Part shown: positions 48,251 to 61,739 of the stretch, one piece after another
How the letters are laid out: each line of letters opens with the position of its first letter
How positions within the stretch are numbered: the stretch's first letter is position 1
From: Watersipora subatra
Lineage: Eukaryota
NCBI RefSeq assembly: GCF_963576615.1
Contig: NC_088708.1
Coordinates: 42,797,115 to 42,861,114, forward strand
Reading direction: 5' to 3'
Length of the DNA: 64,000 nt
The notes under the pieces: model-generated
Databases searched by the model: none
What the model saw: only the letters and a program-made list of their open reading frames with translations
What the model was told of the DNA's origin: nothing
Translations under genes and position numbers: made by a program

Positions 48251-49007
48251 CTGTGTGAAAGTGAGAAGAAAATAATGTTTTAATAAACCCTGCAACAGAT
48301 TTCTGGTAAGGTCTTTGGAGGATAATTCAGCTCCAAGGTGTGAATTGGTAACAAAAACATCATAGTCGAATAAGAAGAGAATGATGCATAACTATTGACA
48401 ATATTGACCTTGAAGGACTACAATGTGAACTCACCAAACTTACACCGATATGAATAGAACAGTAAACCATTACCTGCGGAGAGATTCTTTAGTAAATTAA
48501 ACATATATATTATATCTATATCTTATATTACATTCTTATTGGTCAAGTTGATTTTGAGGATATTTGTAGCTTAAAAAGGCTAATATGTACGCTGAAGTGA
48601 GTACAGTAAAATGTTTACCAAAAAATGACAGAAAGCATGACAAGAAAATATGAGAAAATATAAAGAATGTGCAACAGGAGCATAAACGCATAAAATACAC
48701 AGAAGAGTAAAGATGAGAAAGAAGGAAAATACCGGCTTAACAAATGGAAGGAGTTTTATCAAAAACATAACAAGTGCCTTGTAGTGAATAGTGTATGGCA
48801 CGTGTTTCTTTGGTAAACCAACTGGCTGCTGAATGGTGTGTTACGTGTCTACAGAAATATCTTAAAATAGACTATAATTTTTCAAGTAAGGCATCAAGTT
48901 TCAATGTAATCAGGTTTCCTCAAAATTTTCAACACTGATATAATTACCATAATTAGGGTGTAATTCTAATTTGCATTGACATACATGAGTAAAAGAAAAA
49001 GCTATAC

Positions 49008-49156
49008 CTCAATAGTGGCTGAATATTCTGCAGCTCCGTGCACACTTCCATAGACACCGAATCCAGCAACAAATATTTTCTTTGTTACCAGAAACCTAGA
49101 ACAGACACTAGTAATTGACAAGGTCGCGTCTGCAGATCTATTGAGATGTTGGTACA
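49008..49156 (-). CDS. BTBD6: BTBD3/6 exon 3, PHR (VYQHLNRSADATLSITSVCSRFLVTKKIFVAGFGVYGSVHGAAEYSATIE)
   Basis: It matches [54 protein letters not shown]. It is 149 nt between a ctctag acceptor and a GTATAG donor; phase 1 in, phase 0 out. Confidence 0.75.
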
Positions 49157-49240
49157 CTAGAGCCTACAATAAATCTGACAGACTGTTTAGTTAGTAATTA
49201 TTAGAACACATTAAAACTACAGTGTCTATAATTACACATA

Positions 49241-49995
49241 CAGTGAAACTCGGATAACTCGCCCTCGGATATCTCGAACACATGGTTAACTCGAACGGAT
49301 TTGTTCGGTCTGTTCCCACGCAATGATAAATTGCTTTAGATAACTTGACCTCAACTTCGTTAACTCGAACAGTTTTTTTGCCCAACGGCTACCGAGACGG
49401 TTGTTATCGCTTTAGAATATGACTTTATTCCAAGCCATAGAGATAAACAACAACTTTTAGTAAGTTCTTAGGCGTCATTATTACCACTATCGGCAAAATA
49501 TTTTCGTTAACAACTTTTCTAAAGGTTTGCAAAAATCAAATTTTACCAAACATCCGCTAGAGGATAGCCTTCCGCAAGCACGGAGAACCAAGGTAACCGT
49601 CAGATAAACTTTTAAGAAAACTCAGCAAAACTGGTTTTTGTTAAAACGCTCAAAAGAAAATGATGTCCTTTTTCTGAGAGTTTCAACCGCGATAGGTTTT
49701 GCGTATTTTAATCTGAAAACGCCCTGGCAGTCACATCACCTAAAACAAACAAACGAATCTCAAGTAATAAAAGAAAAATATTTATATTTTCTGATAAAAA
49801 TTGTTAAAACATTACATGAGAGGTCCCTTAACTTGCAACAAGCAATCAATGCTTTTGATTTATATATAGTTTGTATATGTACTGATAAATACAATAATAC
49901 ATGCACTTGTGACAGTGTTCTCATAACTTGAATGCTCTGATAACTCAAACACTTTCTCTCGGTCCCATGGAGGTCGAGTTAGCCGAGTTTCACTG
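49241..49995. mobile_element. Tc1/mariner-derived non-autonomous element (MITE), 755 bp, with a TA target-site duplication
   Basis: The left end CAGTGAAACTCGGATAACTCGCCCTC and the right end, the reverse complement of CAGTGAAACTCGGCTAACTCGACCTC, are flanked by TA at 49239-49240 and 49996-49997. No ORF is present inside. Confidence 0.7.
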
Positions 49996-50524
49996 TACAT
50001 ATATATATAATTTTTGAAAGTTTTAGATTCATTCTTAGCCTTTTGCGAAACTAACTAGCGCCCTTGTCAGCATTTGGTAATCAACTTTAGTACAACATTA
50101 GTGTTAGTTCTAGATGACAACTAGTGTTTGTATTTGCAATTTAATGCACTAAGCCCTCGAGTTATAATGTCCCTGTTATACAATTTTTCCACCTTACGAA
50201 GTGGAACACAAAGGTTTTTCGTCCTCACCACACAAATCCTATTTCACCATATGAATTCAACAAAAATTTCGCTCGAAATTCAAATTTGGCAGTCTGTGTG
50301 CTTATTACGTCGAAATAACAAAGATGTCGATCCCCGAAAAACAGTGTACAGTAACATAATTAACATTGATAGTTTTTGCCTCCTCTCTGCTCTACCCACT
50401 AGGGTTGCACGATAGCTCGATAGTCGATAGTTGTCTTTCTCGATATGAATATGTTGCCTATTTTTAGCCTATCGAAACATCCGAACCAAATATATCGTTA
50501 TCGAATAATAACAAATAATATAAC

Positions 50525-51245
50525 CCGATAGTTATCGCCCTCGGATAGCTCGAACACATGGTTAACTCGCAACGGGTTTGTTTGGTCCGTTCCCACGCAA
50601 TGATAAATTGCTTTAGATAGCTCGACCTCAACTTAGTTAACTCGAACAGTTTTTTGCCCAGCGGCTACTACGACGGTTGTTATCGCTTTAGAATATCACT
50701 TTATTCCAAGCCATAGAGACAAACCTCAACTTTTAGTAGTTCTTAGACGTCGTTATTACCATCATCGGAAAAAACATTTTCGTTAACGACTTTTCTAAAG
50801 GTTTGCAAAAATCAAATTTTGCCAATCATCCGCTTAGCGATGGTCCTCCGAAAGCTAAAAAAAGTGAGCTAACCTTCGAATAAACTTACAGCCCCCTGTA
50901 AATCATTCCTGGGGGCTGTATATCATTGGTTAAAACGCTCAAAAAAGATGTCTTTTCTTCTGAGCATTTCAACAGCGATCAAGTTTGGCTAATTTTAATC
51001 TGAAAACGTCCTGGCAATCACATCACTTCAAACAAAAAACCAATCTCAAGTGATAGAAAAGTCTATACTTCCTGATGAATTTTTTTTAAACTCTACACTA
51101 GAAGCCTTTCAATTTGTAACAAGCCATCTATGCGTTTGATTTATATATATATAGTTTGTATATGTATATTTATCTACTAATAAATACATGGACTTGTGAC
51201 AGTGCTCTGATAACTTGAACGCTCTGATAACTCGAACACCTTTTC
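50525..51245. mobile_element. Second copy of the same MITE family, truncated or diverged at both ends
   Basis: It is about 80-85% identical to 49260-49960 by eye, reading ...ctcggatagctcgaacacatggttaactcg... It lacks the CAGTG termini. Confidence 0.55.
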
Positions 51246-51744
51246 CTATTCCTTCCCACAATCCTTGATCTTTTCAGGCACGATAATTCGATAGTTTTAC
51301 CAGCTGCCAAGTCACTCGATAACTATCGGTGAACTCTGTCTGCTCATTGATAATTCGATACTATCGCTATCGGTGGGACAACTCCAACGATAGCCAATAA
51401 CACCTTTTCAAACAACAAATGCCATCCCTACTACCCACTACATGCACCAGCTCAAGTCACTCCAGAGGTATAGTAATAAAATTCAGTTTTCCTTTTAATG
51501 GCCATTAAATGATTAAGCATGCGAGAGGTCGCTTTCGAGACAGCATCACTCGAGCTTTCTCGTTGAATTAGGTTAAAAAAGGTTTTAATGAGGTCGACTA
51601 AAAGTTATATTGAAAACGAAGCCGGAAACCGATAGGTGATAAAATTTTAGGCTGTGGCAAAATTATAGTTTAGTTTAGTAAAATACATGTACATACTAAA
51701 CTTATCTTTATGTGTGGGTTTAGTAAGCTAACTTCATTATTGTT

Positions 51745-52606
51745 AAAGGTTGACTTGCAACAAAATTCACATTACAGTTATTTGATATGAAAAGATTCAC
51801 CATGTCTTACTCTGTTGTGTTGTATGTGCAAAATATGTGGGAGTGTGATTACAAGCTCTTGCAGCCACACGAGATCGCCGTAGTTTGGATTCCCTTTCCA
51901 AAACGGCTCAAATGTAATGTAGTTGTGAGAGATGGTTTCTGTTTACACTTTCTTGCAACCTTATCCGTCGAAATATTTTCACGAATACTTGTATACTTCA
52001 CGCATTCAATAATAGTATGTCTATTGTTCTTATGCATCTGTTTTATCGTCATTGTAATGCTTTCAATTTTAGCACTGATATCTTATAACTTACCGTAAAA
52101 AATCGTTAAACTTTTTAACCTTAGCTTGAAGAAGTACATATCATTGTCTGATAATCATGACGAGCCTGTTGGTCACCTGTGATAATCGAAAAGTGCTGCA
52201 AAAATTATTTGCGAAGTATTGGGTCACATGATCAGATTACGACTTGACGATTGAATAATGCCGAAACAAAACTGTAAAGTATCGAGCATCTATATTTGAT
52301 ACGGGGTCTTCGGTAAAACCCGAAGTGTTTGTCATAAACTAGTACTATGATAAGTTTTATATTAAGCTTTGTATTGGCCTTTCAATTCACATGAGAACAT
52401 GCGTGACAAGACGATAACCAAATTTCGTGGTTACGTCATCGAAATAAAGAGATTCCAATCTACGGCGGCTTTTCGTTTTTGAGCTTTTAAGAGCTTGTAG
52501 TCACATTTCCACATATTTGGCACTTACAACACAACAGAGTAAGACATGGTGAATCTTTTGATACCAAATAACTGTAATGTGAATTTTGTTGCAAGTCAAC
52601 CTTTAA
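51745..52606. mobile_element. Foldback element: ~170-200-bp inverted arms around a ~500-bp core
   Basis: 51745-51905 is the reverse complement of 52395-52606 at about 88% identity (ggttgacttgcaacaaaattcacattacagttatttg...). Confidence 0.5.
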
Positions 52607-53196
52607 GTTCAAAGTCTATGTTATAAGTCTGTCTCGAAGGTAAGAACCCCCAACGGTACGTACTGCTACTACTGCACATACATGTTGTACATTGTAATGT
52701 TACATTTTATTGCAGATCTTAACCACTAACCACACTAAAGTTACTATAGGTAACTATAGTTTAAGGTTAACATAATACTTTGTTACCAAGTGTTAACATG
52801 TTCAGTACCTAGATAAAATTTTGATGATTTTTATCGGGAGATGTTTGCATTAAATATAATTACTATGGGTTTCTATACCAATTTATACGACATTTTCACT
52901 ATACGATGCCAACCCTGGAACAGATTAAATCATATGTCGAGGGCACACGGTACTCAGTGTTAGAATCAAAAATTTTCATGGTATTCTTTGTCTGTCTCCT
53001 TATACAGAACTACATATCAGTCTTCATTTATCTGAAGTTTCCTACTTGTCACGTTACAAACTGCTTTAGCGACAGTTTCTAATGAGATCTAATGATTACG
53101 CCATTGCTAAAATAACTCACTTTATTCGATCACTTGTGCCGCTATATCCCCAACGATGGTCCACCTGACAGAATCGTGAGACAACCTGTTCTTTAC

Positions 53197-53311
53197 CAGT
53201 CAAGCAACAGCGAGGAGTGATGGTGAATGAGATTTGTGGCTTAGGAGTGACGGTGAAGTAGAGAAAGAGTTCGACCAACTCCGAGTCTGTCAATATGTTA
53301 GATTGGGCTAC
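53197..53311 (-). CDS. BTBD6: BTBD3/6 exon 2, start of PHR domain ([38 protein letters not shown])
   Basis: It matches recalled BTBD6 [42 protein letters not shown]. A tgacag acceptor precedes it and a GTAAAG donor follows it; it enters in phase 0 and leaves in phase 1. Confidence 0.8.
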
Positions 53312-55088
53312 CTGTCACGAAGGATAAGGATAGGATCATCAACTGTGAATCACTCAAGTTTTAAACAGGTGTCGGTACCATTTCGCCTCTCAACATTTTT
53401 TATTTAAAATGTGTCTATGCAACAAGTGAAAGTATTTCGCTGACGCGAATTTAACTCTAGCGATCTACAAAACTGTTCGAACACACAAAACCAAGAGCGG
53501 CAGTAATGACAACCTTCCTAATACTGTAGTTTAACACTATGAACTAAACCCTTCATTGCATTGATGGAACGCAAACTGACACACCCCCAAATAAAAACAA
53601 CATATCTTCTATAGTCTTAATATACTAATTCAATCACGATGACTTATATTTGAAAAGCATCGGATTTGCTCACATACCTTTGTCAAACTTTTTATACTCT
53701 TTTTCATTTCTGGCAAATGCTAAGATTTATAGTACCACTATAAGCAGCAAACAGTATTCAGCATCTTTTAATATCATGAGGGCCAACTTAGAGAATCAAC
53801 ACCCGTGGTGATAACAAAAAGTATTGAGATTTTTTGCAAAACCGTATTTAAAAATGAAAATATTGGAACCTAAGGAAATTTTATTAGCAAGTAAAGGTAC
53901 ATAATTTTGATGTCGGCATTGTTTGCTTAGAATCAAACATTTTTATCAACTCAGAAAACGCAAAAGCCAAAAATATGATGTAATGCATGCGAAAACTGAG
54001 GAGAAACACTATTTGGCGTTACACCTGATTCGTTACCAAATATAGAATACTGAAACAATTTTAATAAAAAAGTAGAAAATATACTAAAAGATATGAAAAG
54101 ATAAAATGATTCATTGAATTTCTTGTCGAGCGTGCTTCAACTTGGTCTAATAAGTAATTGGGGAATAAAAGAAGTTTTTTATTTCAACAAAGCACAACAT
54201 TGAGGATTCCCTGACACGTTTTAGCTCAGTATTTCCACCGAATTTAATAAAAATGTCAACTCTTTAATATGAAAGGATATTTCTTTTAATAATAAATGAT
54301 AAATTTAGTAAATTTGTGAGATTTTCAAATCGATAGTCTGACCTAATGCTTAGTTAAAAATAAGAATTGTTTTCCTTATACATAGAATGTAAACTAGATC
54401 ACTCAAGCACTATTTAATCTGAAAGCTCTGTTATTTGGTCCATTCTATCATTTATAGATCAAAGACAGAACTTATATACGTACATTAAAAACAGTGCATG
54501 TATGAGTCAGACAGCCATATGCAGGCATAGAAAAACTTTATGATTGAAGCTTGAAGGCTAACTGACAGCACAAAAACTATTGCATTGACAGTAGCAAACA
54601 GCATTACAGAGATTTTTTGTATTTGTGGAATCAGCTTTGATCTTGTGATAAAATTATCTGCCATGCTGGATAAATAAAATGAAGTAATACGGCAACTACA
54701 TAGGGCAAATGTATTAAAATGCCGACCAACAGAAGTACTTTTGTTGCAAGTTCACATATAGGTTAATCATCGGCATTGACATCTACTAACAAAATGACCT
54801 TCCTATGTCAGTGCTTGGAGCTTACATCACGAGTGCTTTTGTTCTTCTATTATCAAAATCATTGCTGACAAAGATTATATAATTAATAATATATGCAAAT
54901 TCAAAATGCTATCAGTTAACCTTTAAGAGACATTGTAATGTGATAACCGAATTTAGGCTACTGATCCATAATACAAAATAAATTCTCTCTGTTTAAAGTG
55001 ACTCTTGGATTTTAACAAAGGAGTTGCTAGTAAATTATCACAGAGGGCAAGAGAGACAATTCGACCACGAAATAAGCTAGTCACTGAC

Positions 55089-56342
55089 CTGTACTGCAAA
55101 CTCCTCAACCGTCATTAATGGATAGCGAATCAGTCTAATAGCTTTGCCAAGTACTGTTCTTTGATTTTCGGCAGAAATCTCTAAATCCTGTTTGAGACAA
55201 GCATGCTCAGCCCATTTCGTCACAGCCGAGAACAGCTTACTTTCCCGAATGCCAAGTGAATCTCGTTCAAGTACAACGCATAGCGTCTCTAAGTCGATAT
55301 CAACAAAGCCATCGGATGAGAACGCTTCCGTTGTACATTTGTCTATAGAGTGCAAACACATCTTCTCGAGGACAGGCTCATCGAATAAACGAGCTTGTGT
55401 CAAAAGCATGAATACATTCTCACATTGAATATTGTCTTTTAGAAACTCGACGCATTCGTCTTCCAGGCGCGGTAGAGCATACTTTTTGGCGGTGTATAAT
55501 ATGGACATTACGGTCTCCGACTCAACGTTTATCTCATCTGTATAAATAAAACTGAGCATAGACTGAAAAGCTATTGGTTCAACATCTGGAATCTCTATCG
55601 CTGCCTCATCTATTGCTGCCTCATCCTCTACCGCCATCTGCGCCATCTGTCCATTAAACATGGCATTAAAGACAGCACTGCTCATACTCAGGACAAACTT
55701 GTGAGCCACAAATCTTTGAACCATTGGAACGACTGATGAGGATGAGGTCATTAGCAAGCTGCTACCACCCACTAAGAAAGTAACGTCAGACAAAGCGCCT
55801 GTGTTGAGCAAATACTGCAGCCGTGATTTTATAGAATGTTTGCTTGACTGCCAGTTATGTATAGGAGAAGGTTGCACCCCGTTAGCGGAATCTTGAGGAG
55901 TCGTGGCTTGAACTTTGTCATGGAGAATGAGTCCTAGACCACTCTGAAGCACCTCATCCGTAGTTGGCTCACAATCCGCCGATGGCGCCACGGCCATATT
56001 AGGAGATGAAAGCAATGATGGACTACCATTGCTTGTCGCGATTGATTCAACGGATGTGGTACGCCTAGTTGTTGCCTTGCGACAGTCATTACCATTTCCA
56101 AAATGGTTTTCCGGCAATTCCTCAGCTGAACATTCCGACTTCAAAGGATCATTTTTTGCTCGAAGTGTTAGGTTGCTAGAATGCTCTGACCTGTGGACTA
56201 TCCTTGGGTTGTTAGGTGAGAGGACGCCATCAGCAGCCGGGAGCCCGACATTGACTGGATTAAATTGTAGTGATTGAGGCCTCACCATTTCCACATCTGT
56301 TAAGTTCTCTTCAGCATCGGATTCACTTTCATACTCAGCCAT
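55089..56342 (-). CDS. BTBD6: BTBD3/BTBD6-family protein, exon 1: low-complexity N-terminus followed by BTB/POZ and BACK domains
   Basis: The ATG at 56340-56342 follows an in-frame TGA; the ORF track's start at 56351 is a GTG. The 418 codons contain SDVTFLVGG...RFVAHKFVLSMSSAVFNAMF...IEIPDVEPIAFQSMLSFIYTDEI...TVMSILYTAKKYALPRLEDECVEFL...FMLLTQARLFDEP...LGKAIRLIRYPLMTVEEFA, which matches BTB-BACK of BTBD3/6. A GTCAGT donor lies at 55088. Confidence 0.85.
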
Positions 56343-58799
56343 TACCAACACTCAATTAGATATCAGATTCAATAACTAAAACAGAACAGCAGATCTACAT
56401 GTAAGTGATTTTCAAGCAAAACATTTAACACTCATGACAGATCTGAAGTTTGTATAGCCTTTTGGTCATCTTCATAGTGTAATATTGCTATGTTATACTA
56501 ATTTAGTAGTTTTTTTTTAGCAAAGCTGACAACTAGCTGATGTAATTATGATATTTTCTGTGTTTAATGCAATAATACGTGAATAGTCTATACTAATATA
56601 ACATTGCTCCATCATTTAAGTTCATACTAGACCAGGCAAGAAGTTTTACAATGCAATAGATATCATTGGCACAATTCTCAAGTAAAATCTAGTCTGGCCT
56701 GCCTCAAATGAACCAATAAATATATTTGTTGACACAATATATAACACAAAAACTTTATTGTCCACAGTTGGCTTGTAGCAGCTACATATTTTTTGGCTTT
56801 CATTACTATTGTATGCCAAATGCTCAAAATAAACCTCTAGATTTGAAATCACCCATAATTTAAGGCTGGACTTTTACTGTGATGTCAAAACTTGGTTATT
56901 TCATCAACAGACACATGCTTACACTGCGTAATCATGGCAACACCTCTACTAAAGTTGGTAGGCTCAAATACATCTATGGTGAGCCATGATTACCTCTACA
57001 TATATGACAAAGAGAATGACCAGATTAATGACATAATGCAATGAAAATTATTCCACGACCAAATGTGCGGAGCGAAGTTTGAGAGTTTTTATGATAAATG
57101 CATGTGCACACACCTTACGAAAATTATTCATCAACAACGTCGCAATCCCTCGTTTCGAAATCTCATCAACAAATTTAACCATCATTTTGTAGAGTCGTTT
57201 AAGTATAATAACGATACAAAACACAAATAAACCTATTAAAATATATTACCATGTTTTTGAAAAGTGTCGACAGTATCTTAAAACTTACTCATCTGAGCGG
57301 ATTATACACAAATAGACAGATTTATTCGGCCGAAAATCGTTATTAAAACTTGCTAAGCCTTACTTTTATCAAAGTTAAGACCGGAAATTAAAACGCCGAG
57401 CGACAGAGAATAGAACGATTAAGTCGTGCGCATTTCACGAAAAAATAATGTGCACATTTCACCAGTCTATAGCATTGTCGAATTGCCGAAGGTTTCTGTA
57501 ATTAACGTAAGAGTACTGAAATCGTTTCTTTTTTGCCGATTTCAAAGTAACTGATATTTTAGACACTTTTGAGTACTTTGGTATTCTAACATATGTCCAA
57601 CGTAGTGTAAGTAAAGGAAATGACGATGATATTTTTTTTAACGATTCTTATGAGATTATTACAATATTTAATTATAAGTTTGTATGACTACGGAACAATG
57701 ACTACGTAGTACAGATTTTCTAAAAATCTATATAAAAATCACAACTTCTTGATATTGTTAGCTATGATGTTTTGAAATGTAAATAAAATTGTGCATTGGT
57801 CTTATATTATTACTATATTAATAATATTGGTTATTCTAATACTATTAGTGCATTTTACTTCTAATATTGGCCAATATTGCATTTCTCCTATTGCAGGGGA
57901 GAGATATAAACATATAATCTTTTCCTTTCATTATTGCTATTTGTTGTATATAATAACACCCCCACCCAAGACATTACAGCTACCATTGCAGTTATCCTAT
58001 TGCACTGCAGTGCCATTTCTACCATTTCTGCCTCTTTACCCTGTGGTCTAATGATACTAGCGATCTGGTGACCGATTGTGTTTTGGAGAGAAAGGGGGTA
58101 AGTAGTGGCTAGAAAAATTAGTTGATAGAATTTAAGTCAATTACAAAAATAGTTAGGATTACAATTAATTTAAGTACTGAAATTGATAAGAGCGTAAAGC
58201 TAGATATATTCAGATAGAAAGAAATTGCTTGCTCTACTGTCAGCTTTACCAGCTATACGTGTAGAAGGTATAACAGTTTTAACGTGTATGGGTCGTATGG
58301 GTTGGGATATCGAGGATACTAATTCTACTGATAATGCTTTAGCCTTGTCAAGATTGGCTTATGAAACTGAAAAAACTAGAAATATTAAAGCCATAAAATT
58401 TGTTAATGTAGTTAGGCATCTGGCAACGGATGAGCATGCATATTGAATAAGAGCTGGGAGTTTAAGAGAGAACATGAAGTTGGGAGCCAATAATTGGGAG
58501 TCTAGAACACCCGATAGGGAAAGAAGGTCGTATGACTATAATAGGCATTAAGGGATTAGTAAAAAAAATTCTGGTGAATACTGACTCTTTAATAGAAATC
58601 AGTGTTTGCTTAAACGGAGAAGAAATTATAATAAAATTATTTTTTTAGAAAGGATAGTCTTAGATTTGAAGATAGCCCTATATATAGGATAGATTCGCCT
58701 AGGCAAAACTATTCACCTAAGAAATGCGACTCACCTAAGAAATGTGACTCACCTGTGAGAGACAATAGAAATAAGGAGAGACGTTCCTCTCATAGAGAA

Positions 58800-61270
58800 T
58801 ATGGATTGTTACTCTTAACAAACTAGTCATGAGATTAGAAATTCTCCTGTCAGGCTTTATACACCTAGACCTACAACAGTAAGTTCAATGAATCAGGCTA
58901 CAAAAGAGATGGAGTATACTTTATCTAGCAGGTTAATACAGCTAACAGAAAAAACCACTGATTGGTGTTCAGGGATAACTATTGCACCAAAGTCAGGTGA
59001 TAAGATATGAATATGTGTTTATCATACCTAGAATATCTGATATGTTATGTGAATTGTACAAAGGGTTGTGTTTTCAAAGTTAGTTGCTAATTTCATCAGC
59101 GCCAGAGTATTTCCTAAAAGTTATAGATAAAGTTTTGAAAGGTTTAGAAGATACCACACACTTAATAGATGACATTCTAGTATATGGTAAGAATATTAGT
59201 GAACAGCGGTGATGTTTGTGTAAAATATAACAAAGAATCACCAGTAAACAGTTTGGCATGACTTTAAGAAAGGAAAATAGTGAGTTTGACAGTGATGAGG
59301 TCATATTGTGAAAGGACGGTACGTCGACCCGGCTAAGACCAACTCGGCACAACACAAAACAGCCTGGCTTGAAGCAGCTATCCACGGGTCACGCATAAGG
59401 AGACGAAGCCTCCTTTCGAAGGTTTGGATAAAAGGTACAAGCAAGACGAGAAAGAGCATAGCCCATTTGCGCTTGCTTGTGAACTGTTACATGTTTCTAT
59501 ACTGTATTCATAAGCTTAGCAAATATATATATATGAAACTTGAAGCGGACAGAGTTATTCATTTGAGTTCATGTGGAGATTATAAAGGTGGCAACACAAA
59601 ACCTTTACAATATTGTTAGTGGTTCTGGAATCAAACTAGATCCTAGTAATTAAGATCCTAGTAAAATGAATGCCATTGTAGACATTTTAATGTCTATTTG
59701 TAAAAATGAGCCTGAGATGTTTACTGGTACGATGAACTATTTGATGAAGTTAAATAATAAGCTTGGTAGTTTCTATGTTCAATTTTATGAAGTGTCTGGA
59801 AGCAAATTAGAATGGTATTGAGGCCCTGACCAATGTGATGCTTTTCAAAAAATCTACAAAGAGATATCTAGTACTCCTGTACTATATACGGTTCGATTAG
59901 ATAAAATCTAGAGTAACTGCTGACTCTAGTAAAACTCCTTGAGGCAACATTGTTACAATGTAAAGGTAATAATTGGTAGCAGCCGATAGAACACACTTCC
60001 AGGAAAATGTCTGCAGCTGAACTTAGATATACTATGGAAGAAAAAGCTTTGGATATAAATTGGGTTATGTGAAAAGTTCACCTATTCTCTAGTTAGACAT
60101 AAATTTGAAATAGAAACTAGCCATAGGTCATTTATTGCTGTTCTAGGCACAAAAACTGATCTAAATTACCTATTAGACAATATTAGAGTCAAGATAAGAC
60201 TTACTAGATATGGTTTTAATATATTCCATACACCCTGTAAGGATCTGTTACTGATGCTCTTAGTAGACCTAATGGCAGTATGAAACAATGAGATTTATAA
60301 AGGTGTAATAAGATTGATATTTATGCTAATGCCACAGTTTCCTCATCGGTTTATGTTTATGGTGACATCAAAGATGAGGAAATTAGTAATGAGGCAAGAA
60401 TAGACATGAATGTGCAGAAATGTATGGAGTATATGGATACTAGGTCACTCGATAAAGTGGAAAACTTATTTAAAGAACTAATAGCATTTTGCGGTGCAAG
60501 AGAAAAATTATCTATGTAAAATAACTAATTGTTATACGACTCTAGAATCTATATGCCAGTGTCTTAAGAGGTTTGGATATTTGGAGTTATGTCATCAGGG
60601 GATTACTGAGTCAACGAGCAACACAACACTTTTGGTGGCCTGGTTTATGAAAGGATATTGCAGAAGTGTATTATGAATTTTGGGGCCAAGCTTTAACCAA
60701 TGGTTGAGCACGAATGACCTTCTAGACCATGGAAACTATTGATTCTGACATCTTTAATGGAGAGTTTATCTTGTGCTGATAGATCATCACTCCAAATAGA
60801 TAGAGGCTTTGTACACTAAGTGCTCAAACTTTTGGATTATAGATATCATTCAATTCCTGTTCTTATGCTTTAGCTTTCATAATGTTATTAGGTTGGACAA
60901 TAGTAGTTGTTACATAGTGATACAGGAAATATGGTTCCAATGTAGGATATACTATAACGACTAGTAATTCATTAGGCCAATGGTTTAGCTGGAAGTTTGG
61001 TAAAAACTTGAATGTTTGCGAAAAAAATATGACCATAAAGTTGTGGCCATGCTGGCATATGCGACTACAATCCGTTGGTTGCAACTACGCTACTGGTGTT
61101 CGGACGAGCTGGTGGATCTTCTTTGGAAATTTCAACTGGAAGTGTGGTGGTTTACAAACAATTTGAGAAAAATGAAACAAGAAAATGCAAAAAAAACTAT
61201 AGTTTCCAAGTTAGAATTATTAGAACCTTGTCTATTAGTTTATGTCGAAACTCCTAATAATGGTTAGATT
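58800..61270 (+). mobile_element. Decayed Ty3/gypsy-like LTR-retrotransposon pol region (RT, RNase H, integrase), with stops and frameshifts
   Basis: Translations show RT motifs (ITIAPKSGDKI, LIDDILVYGKN), an RNase H-like block (GSGIKLDP...AFQKIY...EKELLAI.., TDH-like FEIETSHRSF, YGFNIFHTPCKDLLLM) and an integrase-like YLVLIDHHSK..IEAL, all across multiple frames. Confidence 0.6.
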
Positions 61271-61739
61271 GTTTTGAAAAAAAAATTCACCTAGAAGTTA
61301 TTGGGTACAAGTCAGCATAAGTGAATTGAGTAGAAATGGACAACATCTAGTCAATTTGACTTGAATAAAGCTGGAGATTGCTAGAGCATAACGATTATAA
61401 TAGCTATTTTTTCTGAATATTGCTCTTCAGGGAAAGATGATTCTGTGTGATAATGACTCTTTGTCTCATCAATATATCACAAATTATATCATTGTTGAGA
61501 ATATTGTTAATACTTCTTACTTACCGAGCATGAAGATCCTATAAATGGTCAAAATATTGCTGTTGAGTTACCTTTGCGTAATGTTGATCACAACGTTTAA
61601 GATAAACCTTTTCCTGTACAAACGAGTTAATGGAAACGTTACAGTTACGAGAAATGAACAGGTTAGCCATGCAATGAGAAGAGATGATATGAGCTATTAA
61701 AAGTAACTTTGTTTCAGTTCTAGAGGTACTAGGAAACAC

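Noticed and set aside
56351-56351. ORF-track start of the BTBD ORF
   Set aside because: It is a GTG. The first in-frame ATG is at 56340-56342, directly after an in-frame TGA.
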